A stretch of DNA of 63,896 nt, counting the filler. It is 8 parts of 8 records of this genome, joined end to end, with 100 filler letters (N's around TTAATTAATTAA, not from the genome) between each part and the next. Parts side by side here need not be neighbours in the genome. Positions count along the whole stretch, not along the records: positions 8,288 to 15,777 come from SRR20825010_832; positions 15,878 to 22,657 come from SRR20825010_833; 6 more parts are not named here. One strand, written 5' to 3'. This document shows positions 9,726-20,600 of the stretch, piece after piece (position 1 is the stretch's first letter; the number at the start of each line of letters is the position of its first letter). The notes under the pieces are model-generated. The model saw only the letters and a list, made by a program, of their open reading frames with translations. It was not told the origin of the DNA and did not search any database. A program made the translations under genes and the position numbers.

Positions 9726-12362
9726 TTATTCTTCCTTGCTTTCGCCAAATAAGCCCAGCTGGTTTTCTTCTCTCTCCACTTCATCCTTTATCGTACTTTT
9801 TAAGCTTTCCAGATCGAGACTTCCTTTTGGCTTCACCTCGGCTGGAGTTTCTTCTTCCTCAATCTGGACTTCCTCTTGCTTCTCAACGATTTTCTCCTGA
9901 ACCGACTGCACCGTTTGAATCGGAAACCTGTTCCCAATCGCTTTCCACCCTTTCACATCTATCAGCTCGGTCAGGTCAAAGTCTTTGCTTTCATTCTTTC
10001 GGCCATCCTTGTAGCTGACAATTACTTCAGCATCTTTTGAGTTGTTGGCAAATAGTAGCTTTGACCCTTTGGATTCGCTGACAAACAAAAACCGTTTATT
10101 TGGACTTGTTGTTTCAACCAGGAACCTTTTAACATAAAATTGTTTCCCTTCTCCGTCATAATGAATGGCATTCACAGGTTGATCAGCCTTGAATTTACTT
10201 AAAAGCAAAATCTGGTTCGTGTCGTACCTATTTGTCAACTCGAATGAAGTGAGCTCATAGGTTCCATCTTTGTAAAAAACAATGATCTGATCCTCTGGTT
10301 GGAAGTTGCCCAGCGCTCTGCCTCTTTTATCGGTGTTGAGCCTACCCACGATTGCATCGTACCAAACATCCAACCCGCCTAGCGTGGAAACTCCAGCAGA
10401 CTTGAATTGAATCTTTCGAACCGCGTAGCGCGTGAGAATGTTTCCTCCCGCTCCCCGACCTTTTATTTCTATTTCAGAAAAATCAAAATCGAAAATTTTC
10501 TTTCGGGATTTAGTCGCTGCTGTGAGCGAAACAGTGATGACCTCCGCTTCTCCATTTGGATTTGCTGTTAGGTAGAGCACTCTTGACCCTTTGGCCCCTT
10601 TGGTCAGATCATATTCCCTATCTCGGGTGACAGAAAGCACTTGAAAGCGCTTGACCATCGATCGGCCTGATTTTCCATCCAGATAGATGAGGTTGTAAAC
10701 CATACGCTCGTCTCCTTTGCTGAAAACGCCTACATGAAGTATGCCTTTCCCCACAAATACTTTTTCCTGAATACGGGTGACCTGGCAAATACCATCTTTA
10801 CGTATGACGATGATGTCATCAATGTCCGAGCATTCGGTTACGAATTCATCTTTTTTGATTCCATATCCAATGAAACCATCCTCTCGGTTGACGTATAGTT
10901 TGGCATTGTTAGCTGCAACTACCGCTGCAGAAATGGTATCGAAGTTGGCAATTTCCGTTTTTCGTTCTTTGCCTTTTCCGTATTTAGAAAGCAGGTTTTG
11001 GTAATAGGCAATGGCATAATCGGTAAGATGGGCAAGATGATGTTCCGTTTCCCGAAGCTCCTCTTCAAGCTTTTTCATCAGCTCATCGGCTTTAAACGCA
11101 TCGAACCTGGAAATTCGCTTGATTTTTATTTCCGTCAGTCGAACAATATCTTCCTCGGTGATCGTGCGATAAAACTGCGGCTTAAATGGATCTAATCCTT
11201 TGTCGATGGTTTGGATAACCTCTTCCCAGGTTTCGCATTCCTCTATGTCACGATAGATTCTGTTCTCGATGAAGATTTTTTCCAATGAAGAAAAAAGGAT
11301 TTTCTCCATCAATTCTTTCCTCCGTATTTCCAGCTCCTCTTTTAGAAGTGCCAGCGTTTGATCGACGGAATGTTTGAGTATTTCGGTGACGCCCAAAAAT
11401 TTTGGCTTATCGTCGTGAATAATACAGGCATTTGGAGAAATTGAAACTTCACAATCGGTGAATGCAAACAGGGCATCAATGGTGATATCCGGCGATGTGC
11501 CTGGGGCGAGTTTTATCAGGACTTCAATATCAGCAGCAGTGTTGTCAATTACCTGCTTGATTTTGATTTTCCCTTTGTCGTTTGCTTTTATAATGGAATC
11601 GATGAGTGAAGTGGTAGTTGTTCCATAAGGAATATCCTTGATCACCAGGGTCTTGGAGTCCATTTCTTCAATGGTAGCGCGCACACGAACTTTTCCGCCC
11701 CGTTCTCCATCGTTGTAATCGCTTACATCGATTTTTCCTCCAGTCTGAAAATCAGGAAACAACTGAACCTTCTTTCCTTTGAGAATATTGATGGATGCTT
11801 CAATTAATTCGATGAAATTGTGCGGGAGGATTTTTGTAGAAAGCCCTACTGCAATCCCTTCCACACCCTGGGCCAGAAGCAAAGGAAACTTTACAGGGAA
11901 GGTTACGGGTTCCTTTTTTCGTCCGTCGTAGGAGAGTTGCCATGCGGTGGTTTGCGGATTGAAAATGATTTCCAAGGCGAACTTTGAAAGTCGGGCCTCA
12001 ATGTATCTGGGAGCAGCAGCACCGTCACCGGTGCGGGCATCCCCCCAGTTACCCTGCATGTCGATGAGCAAATCCTTTTGCCCCAAATTGACGATGGCAT
12101 CACCAATGGATGCGTCACCGTGCGGATGAAACTGCATGGCGCTACCGATGATATTGGCAACCTTATTGTAACGACCATCATCCAGCTCCTTCATGGCATG
12201 AAGAATCCGACGCTGCACGGGTTTCAAACCATCTTCAATAGCAGGAACTGCCCGCTCAAGGATCACATAAGATGCATAGTCGAGAAACCAATTCTCGTAC
12301 ATTCCTGACACAGGAATCACATCCTGCAGACCATCATCTTCATTTATCAACTCTTCACTCAT
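9726..12362 (-). CDS. parC: DNA topoisomerase IV subunit A (GyrA/ParC family)
   Basis: DGLKPVQRRIL, FHPHGDASI, catalytic AAPRYIEARL; Bacteroidota-type ParC downstream of parE. Confidence 0.9.
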   Translation of the reverse strand: MSEELINEDDGLQDVIPVSGMYENWFLDYASYVILERAVPAIEDGLKPVQRRILHAMKELDDGRYNKVANIIGSAMQFHPHGDASIGDAIVNLGQKDLLIDMQGNWGDARTGDGAAAPRYIEARLSKFALEIIFNPQTTAWQLSYDGRKKEPVTFPVKFPLLLAQGVEGIAVGLSTKILPHNFIELIEASINILKGKKVQLFPDFQTGGKIDVSDYNDGERGGKVRVRATIEEMDSKTLVIKDIPYGTTTTSLIDSIIKANDKGKIKIKQVIDNTAADIEVLIKLAPGTSPDITIDALFAFTDCEVSISPNACIIHDDKPKFLGVTEILKHSVDQTLALLKEELEIRRKELMEKILFSSLEKIFIENRIYRDIEECETWEEVIQTIDKGLDPFKPQFYRTITEEDIVRLTEIKIKRISRFDAFKADELMKKLEEELRETEHHLAHLTDYAIAYYQNLLSKYGKGKERKTEIANFDTISAAVVAANNAKLYVNREDGFIGYGIKKDEFVTECSDIDDIIVIRKDGICQVTRIQEKVFVGKGILHVGVFSKGDERMVYNLIYLDGKSGRSMVKRFQVLSVTRDREYDLTKGAKGSRVLYLTANPNGEAEVITVSLTAATKSRKKIFDFDFSEIEIKGRGAGGNILTRYAVRKIQFKSAGVSTLGGLDVWYDAIVGRLNTDKRGRALGNFQPEDQIIVFYKDGTYELTSFELTNRYDTNQILLLSKFKADQPVNAIHYDGEGKQFYVKRFLVETTSPNKRFLFVSESKGSKLLFANNSKDAEVIVSYKDGRKNESKDFDLTELIDVKGWKAIGNRFPIQTVQSVQEKIVEKQEEVQIEEEETPAEVKPKGSLDLESLKSTIKDEVEREENQLGLFGESKEE

Positions 12363-12379
12363 CTAATTCAAGTATCGCG

Positions 12380-13378
12380 TTATTGTTTCAAAATCTGTTT
12401 CAATTCATTTTCGTCTACATCAAGCACTCCATTTTCGATGAGACGTGGGGTCAATTTTTTCCAGTTGGAGTCTTTGGCAAAAATGGCCTTGAACATGGGC
12501 AAAGCTTCTTTCCACTTGTCGGTATTTGCCAGATTTACCGCATGCCAGTACTGCATTTCAAGGTTGTCGGGAAACATCGATTCTGCTTTGCTATAAAGAT
12601 CACTTGCTTTGTTGTAATCTCCTTTTTCAAGAGCCACATCACCTTGATTCATAAATTCATAAGCCTGATGGACTTTCAATAACCGTCTCAATTCAACTAT
12701 CGGTTCAGCGTGATCATCAACCCTAAGATCAACCTTCGTGTCAAGCCATTTTTTTCCGGTAGGTGTCCCTGAAACAACCAGTATCGCCGCAGACTGCTTT
12801 CCTCTGATGTCTCCACCTTCGCTCTGGGCCGCTTCCAGAGCCTTAAGCATACGCTCTGCCAATGAGCCTTTTGCTTCTTCAAAAGTCTTTGCCATCGCTG
12901 GCCAGACTCTCTCGTTTTCCATCATATTGGCCTGTACGGCATAGTGCTTGCCCACGATTCCTCCTGCTGCGGCTATGTTTTTTGCTCCGGTATGATTGGC
13001 CGCCATTCCTTTCGCATCAATAACCCCTACTTGTCTGAAACCACGTCCATCATCAGCTATTAGCATGGCTTTTAATGTTTGTTCGGCATTCAGTCCTGAC
13101 TTCATTAAAGCTAATCCTTGTGGTCCAAATGCTGGATTTGAAAAGGATTGCGTCGCAACAGCCCCTACTCCTGCTTCGGCCCAGGTAACGACCGTTCCGA
13201 CCGAAAACCAATGCGACTGAACAGCCACTCCTATGTCTCCGGTTATGGAATCATAAGCCACAATGGAGTAGGTATGAACCAACGGGTTCGCTCTGTTGTA
13301 CTGTGCAGTAGCACCAACTGAAAGAAGAAGCAAAACCCCAAGAAAAAGCGAGTAGGCTTTAGTCATTTTCCAAATCAA
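12380..13378 (-). CDS. DUF1028 (Ntn-hydrolase-like) protein with C-terminal TPR
   Basis: HTYSIVAYD...GVAVQSHWFSVG...GGDIRGKQSAA...DLRVDDH; start could be 13378 or 13366. Confidence 0.85.
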   Translation of the reverse strand: MIWKMTKAYSLFLGVLLLLSVGATAQYNRANPLVHTYSIVAYDSITGDIGVAVQSHWFSVGTVVTWAEAGVGAVATQSFSNPAFGPQGLALMKSGLNAEQTLKAMLIADDGRGFRQVGVIDAKGMAANHTGAKNIAAAGGIVGKHYAVQANMMENERVWPAMAKTFEEAKGSLAERMLKALEAAQSEGGDIRGKQSAAILVVSGTPTGKKWLDTKVDLRVDDHAEPIVELRRLLKVHQAYEFMNQGDVALEKGDYNKASDLYSKAESMFPDNLEMQYWHAVNLANTDKWKEALPMFKAIFAKDSNWKKLTPRLIENGVLDVDENELKQILKQ

Positions 13379-14582
13379 TTAAAACGTTTAGAAAGCCTTC
13401 CAAATAAGGGCCAACCCCCGTGGCGTGTGTTCCTCCGGGAAGTGTGGTAAAGCTTACAACGGATTCAGATGCGCCACCAGTGATGTATGCATTGTAAACC
13501 CCAACAGAATTCTGATAAGGAACCGTAATGTCGGCATCTCCATGATACATGTGCATAGGTATGGTTGGTGTCCAGCCTGTCGGACTATTTTCGTTGTAAG
13601 CATCAATCAAATACGTGTATGCAGCACTTTTCGGATCGTTGAGATAAGATTCGTTGATCAAATCCGCAACAGTTGTCGTAAGCATTTCATTGATTTCTCC
13701 ACCAGAATAAGTACCATCCACCAGATCAGGAATTTTAGAGGCATAAGGCTCTTTAAAAAATTCGGTCAAAGAATGTGTGCCTTCCCAATCGTAGTAGTCA
13801 AAGTACGCTTGCGCTACGTATGCCAAATAAAATGGCTGGTGATAGGTTTCCTGTTCAAAGAAATAATCCTGCATTCCCTCTATGTTGTAGCCTCCCGAAG
13901 AAGGAAAGGAAGCCTTTAACTCAAAATATTCGATCCCATTTTGCTCGATGTATTTGTGTGTACTCATGGTGGAATAACCTCCCTGAGAATAACCGGCCAA
14001 ATACAACTCATTATCAACCTTAAGGTTCAGTTCCTGAGCTAATAACCTGCTGGCCAATATGTTGTTGATAGTGGCTGTAGCCGTAGGTTCGTGGATGTAA
14101 TAGGGATGGTAATATTCGGAAGAAGCCCCAAAACCAATCAAATCAGGAGCGACCGTAACCATTCCCATGGAGGCTAAACCCGACAAAAGAATGATGGTGT
14201 TATTTCCGGCAGCAAGGCTGGTAAAGGCCTCTTCGTCCGAACCGATTGTGCCGTGACTAAAACAGGTTGTGGAAAGTTGATCTTTCGTCTCAGGTACCAT
14301 AACCCGTCCTGAGGCAGTAATCATTTGCCCTTTATAAGGTGTCTGATATTCAACATCATAAATCGTCACATCATAAGCTATTTTATCAATAGGTAAATCC
14401 AAGCCTGATAGATTTAATCGGCCTTTTAATTCACCTTTAGGCCATGTGAAAATCTTAGTATAACCAACCAGTATACTCTGATCAATGGTAATATCGTCTT
14501 CACCGTCTCCACTGTTGCAGCCAACAATAAAAACCAACACGGCTAAGCAAATAATAAAAATGGGGTGTTTGCCTGATTTCAT
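13359..14582 (-). CDS. Secretory lipase / alpha-beta hydrolase lipoprotein
   Basis: Lipobox IVGC, HGT, nucleophile GYSQGG, HGDADITVP, late His. Confidence 0.8.
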   Translation of the reverse strand: MKSGKHPIFIICLAVLVFIVGCNSGDGEDDITIDQSILVGYTKIFTWPKGELKGRLNLSGLDLPIDKIAYDVTIYDVEYQTPYKGQMITASGRVMVPETKDQLSTTCFSHGTIGSDEEAFTSLAAGNNTIILLSGLASMGMVTVAPDLIGFGASSEYYHPYYIHEPTATATINNILASRLLAQELNLKVDNELYLAGYSQGGYSTMSTHKYIEQNGIEYFELKASFPSSGGYNIEGMQDYFFEQETYHQPFYLAYVAQAYFDYYDWEGTHSLTEFFKEPYASKIPDLVDGTYSGGEINEMLTTTVADLINESYLNDPKSAAYTYLIDAYNENSPTGWTPTIPMHMYHGDADITVPYQNSVGVYNAYITGGASESVVSFTTLPGGTHATGVGPYLEGFLNVLIDLEND

Positions 14583-14626
14583 AATCGTATGTTTTAAGGT
14601 TTGGCTATGTAAGCTACTAAAGCTCA

Positions 14627-15777
14627 TCAAACCACCGCTTCTTCAACCAAATCCTTTTCTACCTTAAGTCGGTCAATAATAAACCGCTGGCGATCCGGTG
14701 TGTTTTTCCCCATGTAGAAACTCAGCAGATCTTTGATTTTGGTATCTTTCTGAAGAATAACAGGATCGAGTCTGATGTCTTCCCCAATGAAAGCACCAAA
14801 TTCATTTGGTGAAATCTCTCCCAAACCTTTGAAACGTGTTATTTCAGGTTTATTGCCAAGCAATTCAATCGCATTTTTCCGCTCTTCGTCGCTGTAGCAA
14901 TAGATGGTCTGTTTCTTGTTTCGAACCCTAAAGAGTGGCGTATCCAGAATATAAATATGGTTATTACGAACTAATTCAGGGAAAAATTGAAGAAAATACG
15001 TCAATAGTAAAAGCCGGATGTGCATACCATCAACGTCCGCATCTGTGGCGATTACAACCTTTCTATAACGCAATCCTTCCAACCCGTCTTCAATGTTGAG
15101 CGCATGTTGCAGTAGGTTGAATTCCTCATTTTCGTAGACAATCTTCTTTGTTTGGCCGAAACAGTTGAAGGGCTTTCCCCTCAAGCTGAAAACAGCCTGG
15201 GTTTGAACGTTTCGTGTCTTGGTAATGGATCCACTTGCAGAATCACCCTCGGTGATGAACACCATAGTATTCTCCAGCAATTCAGCATCTTTGTTTTTAT
15301 CATTATAATGAATTCGGCAATCGCGAAGTTTTTTGTTATGAAGGTTGGCCTTTTTGGCTCGCTCGTTTGCCAGTTTCTTAATCCCGGCTATTTCCTTACG
15401 CTCTCTCTCCGATTGGATTATACGTTTCAAAAGCGCATCTGCTGCTTCGCTGTTTCTATGCAAGTAATTGTCCAACTCTGTTTTCAGGAAATCACTAACA
15501 AACGTGCGAACTGTTGGCCCTTCATTAGCTATATTTTGTGATCCCAGCTTGGTCTTGGTCTGACTTTCGAAAACGGGCTCCTGCACCCGGATTGCAATGG
15601 ATGCCACAATAGACGCACGAATGTCAGAAGCATCAAAATCTTTTTTGTAAAACTCCCGGACAGTCTTAACGATTCCCTCCCTGAAAGCCGCAAGGTGTGT
15701 TCCTCCTTGTGTGGTGTATTGACCGTTGACGAATGAGTAGTACTCCTCACCATATTGGTTAGCATGCGTCAATGCCA
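14627..15777 (-). CDS. parE: DNA topoisomerase IV subunit B (5'-truncated)
   Basis: [37 protein letters not shown] motifs. Confidence 0.9.
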
Positions 15778-15877
15778 NNNNNNNNNNNNNNNNNNNNNNN
15801 NNNNNNNNNNNNNNNNNNNNNTTAATTAATTAANNNNNNNNNNNNNNNNNNNNNNNNNNNNNNNNNNNNNNNNNNNN

Positions 15878-16381
15878 GTCAGATAACACTACAACCAAAT
15901 CTTTGTCGTAGTCCAAAGTCTTTTCTTTAGGATGAATGACGATTGAGCCATAAACTCCTTTTTGCTCTTGTAACATCGTATGGGAATGATACCAATATGT
16001 ACCAGATTGGTTTATAGGTATTCTATATTGAAATGTAGTATTTGGTTTTATAGGTGGCGTAGTTAAATAAGGCACACCATCATAAAAATTAGGAAGTATT
16101 AAACCGTGCCAATGTACAGAGGTTTCTTCATCCATTTTATTGGTTACGTTAATAATGGCAAGGTCACCTTCATTAAATTCTAATGTAGGACCTGGAATGC
16201 CACCATTAATTGTCATTCCGCTTGCGGTTACACCTGCAAGGGTTATTTCATTTTCTTCGATAGTAAGGTTATATTCTTTTATGTTTCGACCTTCTTCTTT
16301 TCTATCTTCACCATTTGTCCCAACTTGGGCGAATGTAATTGAAGTTAAGAATAAGAGAAGTATTGTGTTAAGTGTTTTCAT
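15878..16381 (-). CDS. Multicopper oxidase (3'-truncated)
   Basis: SVHWHG and YWYHSH copper-binding motifs; signal peptide. Confidence 0.9.
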
Positions 16382-16384
16382 TGT

Positions 16385-17602
16385 TTACTTAATTAAATAA
16401 TTAATGATTGTACTTTGCACATAGTAGGTCTTCACAGATTCTATTTGGTTTATTTGAAACTTTAATTGCAATTCCTGAATGTCCAGCACATCATTAAAAT
16501 CGATAGTGACGGTCTCATAGTTCTTTACCAGAATTTCTTCGGCATCTTTGGCTTGTTTCAGGTTACGAGCTTGTGTGTTGTATGCTATGCGTGCTTGGTT
16601 ACGTTGTGATTGCGCTTTCGCGAAAGCGGATTCCAGCACATTCAATCGCTGTTCCCGTTGGGTTTCTATTTCTTGCTGTCGCAGTTCATTTTGCCTTGAA
16701 ATGGATTTGTAGCGATTGTTGAAAATGGGGATGGAAACCGACACCATCGGCATCAATACATCTTTCCCATTATCGCTGAAATTGACATCGCTGCGTTCCG
16801 TTACGGGCAGGTAGTCTAAACCAAAACCAATCATAGGCAAACTCTCGCGCTGGTTGAGCAGTTCAGATTGTGCTACCGATTCATAGAGTTTGTCATATTT
16901 GAGCAGTTCGGGATTGAGTGATAGCGCTTCATTAGTATAAAATGGGTCTTCCTGTGGAATTTCCATTTCTGGAACAACGTCAACCGTCATCATTGCATCA
17001 CGGTTGAGCAAATTGTTAAAAGTCGTTTGTTCTGCTGTAAATTCTTCTTCCAGCACTTCCTTTTGTTGTTGTAATTCATTTTGTCTAATCTGAAGTCGCA
17101 ACACATCTACGGCACTCGCTTTGCCCACTTCTACAGATGTGAGTGCAAGTCGTTCGTAGGTTTCCAGTAGCTGTATATTTTCATCCAGTACGGCTTGCTT
17201 GGCTCTTATGGCAAATAGACGATAATAGGATTGTGCGACCGAAAGTGCCAGCTTACGCTTTGCAATCGTAATGTCCACATATTCGGCATCTGCCATTGCG
17301 GTGGCATAATTTTCACGAGCTGTAATAGTACCGAACCACGGCAACATCTGTTTTACGCCTATTCGTGCACGTTGCGCACCCACTCTTGTTTCAGGCTCGC
17401 TCACAAAGTAGCCGGCACTTACTTCGGTATTTGGAATCCAGTTGGCTTCGTTTACCTTTTCTTCGGCGATGTTGTATCGCAATTCAAAGGCTTGAATTTC
17501 TGGATTGTTGGCTTCAGCTTCCTGAATGTAGGATTGTAATTGTTGCGCTTTCGCGAAAGCAGTAACAAACAAGAACACCAGTATATATTTTAATTTTTTC
17601 AT
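16385..17602 (-). CDS. TolC family outer-membrane efflux protein
   Basis: Signal peptide, helical repeats, QMLPWFG and SIPIFN; directly downstream of the RND gene. Confidence 0.85.
   Translation of the reverse strand: MKKLKYILVFLFVTAFAKAQQLQSYIQEAEANNPEIQAFELRYNIAEEKVNEANWIPNTEVSAGYFVSEPETRVGAQRARIGVKQMLPWFGTITARENYATAMADAEYVDITIAKRKLALSVAQSYYRLFAIRAKQAVLDENIQLLETYERLALTSVEVGKASAVDVLRLQIRQNELQQQKEVLEEEFTAEQTTFNNLLNRDAMMTVDVVPEMEIPQEDPFYTNEALSLNPELLKYDKLYESVAQSELLNQRESLPMIGFGLDYLPVTERSDVNFSDNGKDVLMPMVSVSIPIFNNRYKSISRQNELRQQEIETQREQRLNVLESAFAKAQSQRNQARIAYNTQARNLKQAKDAEEILVKNYETVTIDFNDVLDIQELQLKFQINQIESVKTYYVQSTIINYLIK
16610..16627. repeat. 18-nt exact repeat TTGCGCTTTCGCGAAAGC containing palindrome GCTTTCGCGAAAGC, copy 1 (copy 2 at 17543-17560)
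   Basis: Two identical copies inside tolC, both read as AFAKAQ. Confidence 0.85.
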
Positions 17603-20600
17603 CTGTTTGCTTTTTTAAGTTGGTATTCCTTTTTCCAGCTGTACAGGACTGGCAATAGGAAATAGGACGTGACATCGATTATCATTCCGCCAAAAATGGG
17701 AATTGCCATCGGTATCATTATATCGCTTCCCTTTCCTGTGGATGTGAGTACGGGAAGTAGTGCCAACACCGTAGTTACAGTAGTCATTAAACATGGACGA
17801 ATGCGTTTACCTGCGGCTTCCAAAGTGGCGAGACGAATGCCCTTTTTATTGTCTGGTTCGTTGCTTTTGAAAGATTGGTCTAAATAGGTGGCCATTACCA
17901 CACCATCATCCGTAGCAATACCGAAGAGGGCAATAAAACCTACCCAAACGGCCACACTTAAATTGATGGTTTTCATATTGAACAAGTCCCGCAGATTTTC
18001 GCCAAAAAAGCCGAAGTTGAAAAACCAATCTTGCCCGTACAGCCATATCATTATAAAGCCACCTGCAAAGGCCACGGCGATTGCAGTAAACACCATAAGA
18101 GACGTAGAGACGGACCTGAACTGGAAATACAAAATCAAGAAAATGACGAGCAAACAAAGCGGTACGACAACCGATAGCGTTTTTTCTGCCCGTAACTGAT
18201 TTTCATATGTTCCCGTAAAACGATAGCTCACGCCCTGTGGTACGACCAGCGAACCCTTATCAATATTTTGTTGAATCAGCGCTTGGGCATTTTCTACCAC
18301 ATCCACTTCGGCAAAGCCGTCGAGTTTATCAAACAGCACGTAGCCAATTAGAAAAGTGTCTTCACTTTTAATGACTTGTGGACCTTGCTCGTATCGAATT
18401 TTAACCAATTCGCCCAACGGTACAGGGCTACCTTTTTCCACTGGAACATAGATATTTTTAAGGTCGTCTGGGTCTGCCCGTAACTCTCGTGGATAACGCA
18501 CACGCACCGCATAACGCTCACGACCTTCAACAGTTTGCGTGAGTGGCATTCCGCCCACGGCCACTTGAAGGATTTCCTGAACTTCCATTATGGACACACC
18601 ATATCGAGCCAATTGGTCTCGCTTAATATCTATGAGCAAGTAGGGTTTGCCCACGATTCGGTCTGCAAAAACAGCTTGTTCCTTAACGCCTTCGGCTTGT
18701 TTTAGGATATCTTCCAATTCCAGTCCAAAACTTTCAATAGACTTTAAATCGGGACCTTTTACCTTGATGCCCATAGGTGCGCGCATACCTGTTTGTAGCA
18801 TTACCAGTCGTGTTTCGATAGGTTGCAGCTTGGGTGCCGATGTAACGCCTGGTAATTTGGTTACTCGAACTATCTCGTTCCAAATATCATCTGGACTTTC
18901 AATGTCCGGTCGCCAGTTTCGGTAGTACTCGCCATCGTCATCTTCAATCAAGTCTTCGCGTGTAGCAGTCGTTTTTAGCGATGTTTCGGCATAGTTGACG
19001 CCTTCATCTATCTCATTGTTTGGGTTGATAATGAATTTGTTATTCTTCAGTACAAATAATCCATCGTCATTGACCTTGTAACGTTGTCGCTCGCCAGAAC
19101 TATTCCGCATATATTCCGATTTATACTGAATCACATTTTCATACATCGAGAGTGGTGCTGGGTCAAGTGCGCTTTCGGTTCTTCCCGCTTTTCCCACCAC
19201 GGTTTCAATTTCAGGAATGCTTGCCACAGCCATATCGAGCTGTTGCAGCACACGCTTATTTTCTTCTACACCTGCGTGTGGTAAGGATGTAGGCATCAAA
19301 AGAAATGAACCTTCATTGAGTGCTGGCATAAATTCTTTGCCCGTATTTCGCATTATGATGATGCCCAGCGTAAGGACCGTAAGGGGAACGATTAAGAATA
19401 GATACCGGTTTTGAAGTGCCCAACGTAAAATACGCTCGTAGTATATTCTGAAAATCGAGAATACACCCAGCAGTCCAAAACAGATGATGGAAACAAATAT
19501 CAGGTTCATCACGATGCTTCGGTCAAAGCCCAATGGTCGCCAGTATTCTGCTAATAAAACTACGATGGCAATAGATGAAATGATAATATCAAGCAGATTT
19601 TTGCGCTTTTTGGAAAGCGTACCACGAATCTTTAAGAACGATGTGATGGCAAAGGCGATAAGAATTAGTCCTAACCAGAATCCGTAAATAATGGCGAGAA
19701 TTCCCAATAAAACAAGCAAGCCATTAATGGCATACTGTGTACGTTCTCGAACACTCGTCTTACGGAAAAGAAATGCCGCAATGGGTGGAATGAGAAATAG
19801 CGCAATGATAAGCGATGCCGTGAGTGCCATTGTTTTGGTAAAGGCAAGCGGACGGAACAGTTTTCCTTCGGCACCTATCATTGTGAATACGGGTAGGAAG
19901 CTGATTATGGTCGTCAGTACAGCCGTCAGAATAGCACCAGAAACTTCGGCAGTTGCGTTGTAGATGATTTCGTTCGTGGTGTATTCCTTACCATTTTCAT
20001 TAAGGCGTAGCTTTTCATCTTCCAAGTGCCGTATCATATTTTCGGCGAGTATTACGCCCACGTCCACCATTGTACCGATGGCAATGGCAATACCAGAAAG
20101 TGCGACGATGTTTGCATCTACATTAAAGAGCTTCATCGTGATAAAAACCATCAGAACTGCTACGGGTAACAATCCCGAAATTAGGATGGATGCACGTAGA
20201 TTGAACACCATAATAATAATGACTAAAATGGTAATCAAGATTTCCAAAGTCAAAGCTTCGTTGAGCGTGCCCAACGTTTCCTGTATGAGTTCGGTACGGT
20301 CGTAAAACGGCACGATGGTTACTTGCGAGGTGCGACCATCTGATAAAGTTTTTGTTGGAAGTCCAGAGCTTATTTCGGCAATTTGTGCCTTGACATTATT
20401 GATGACTTCCAACGGATTTGCACCGTAGCGAGCGACTACGACACCACCTACGACTTCGGCACCTTCCTTATCGAGAATGCCACGTCTGGCAGCAGGACCC
20501 AAATGAACGTTAGCTACGTCTTTAATGCGGATGGAAGTAAAGTTTTCTGAATCAACAACCGCACTTTCAATGTCTGCGATTGACTTGACGTAGCCCAATC

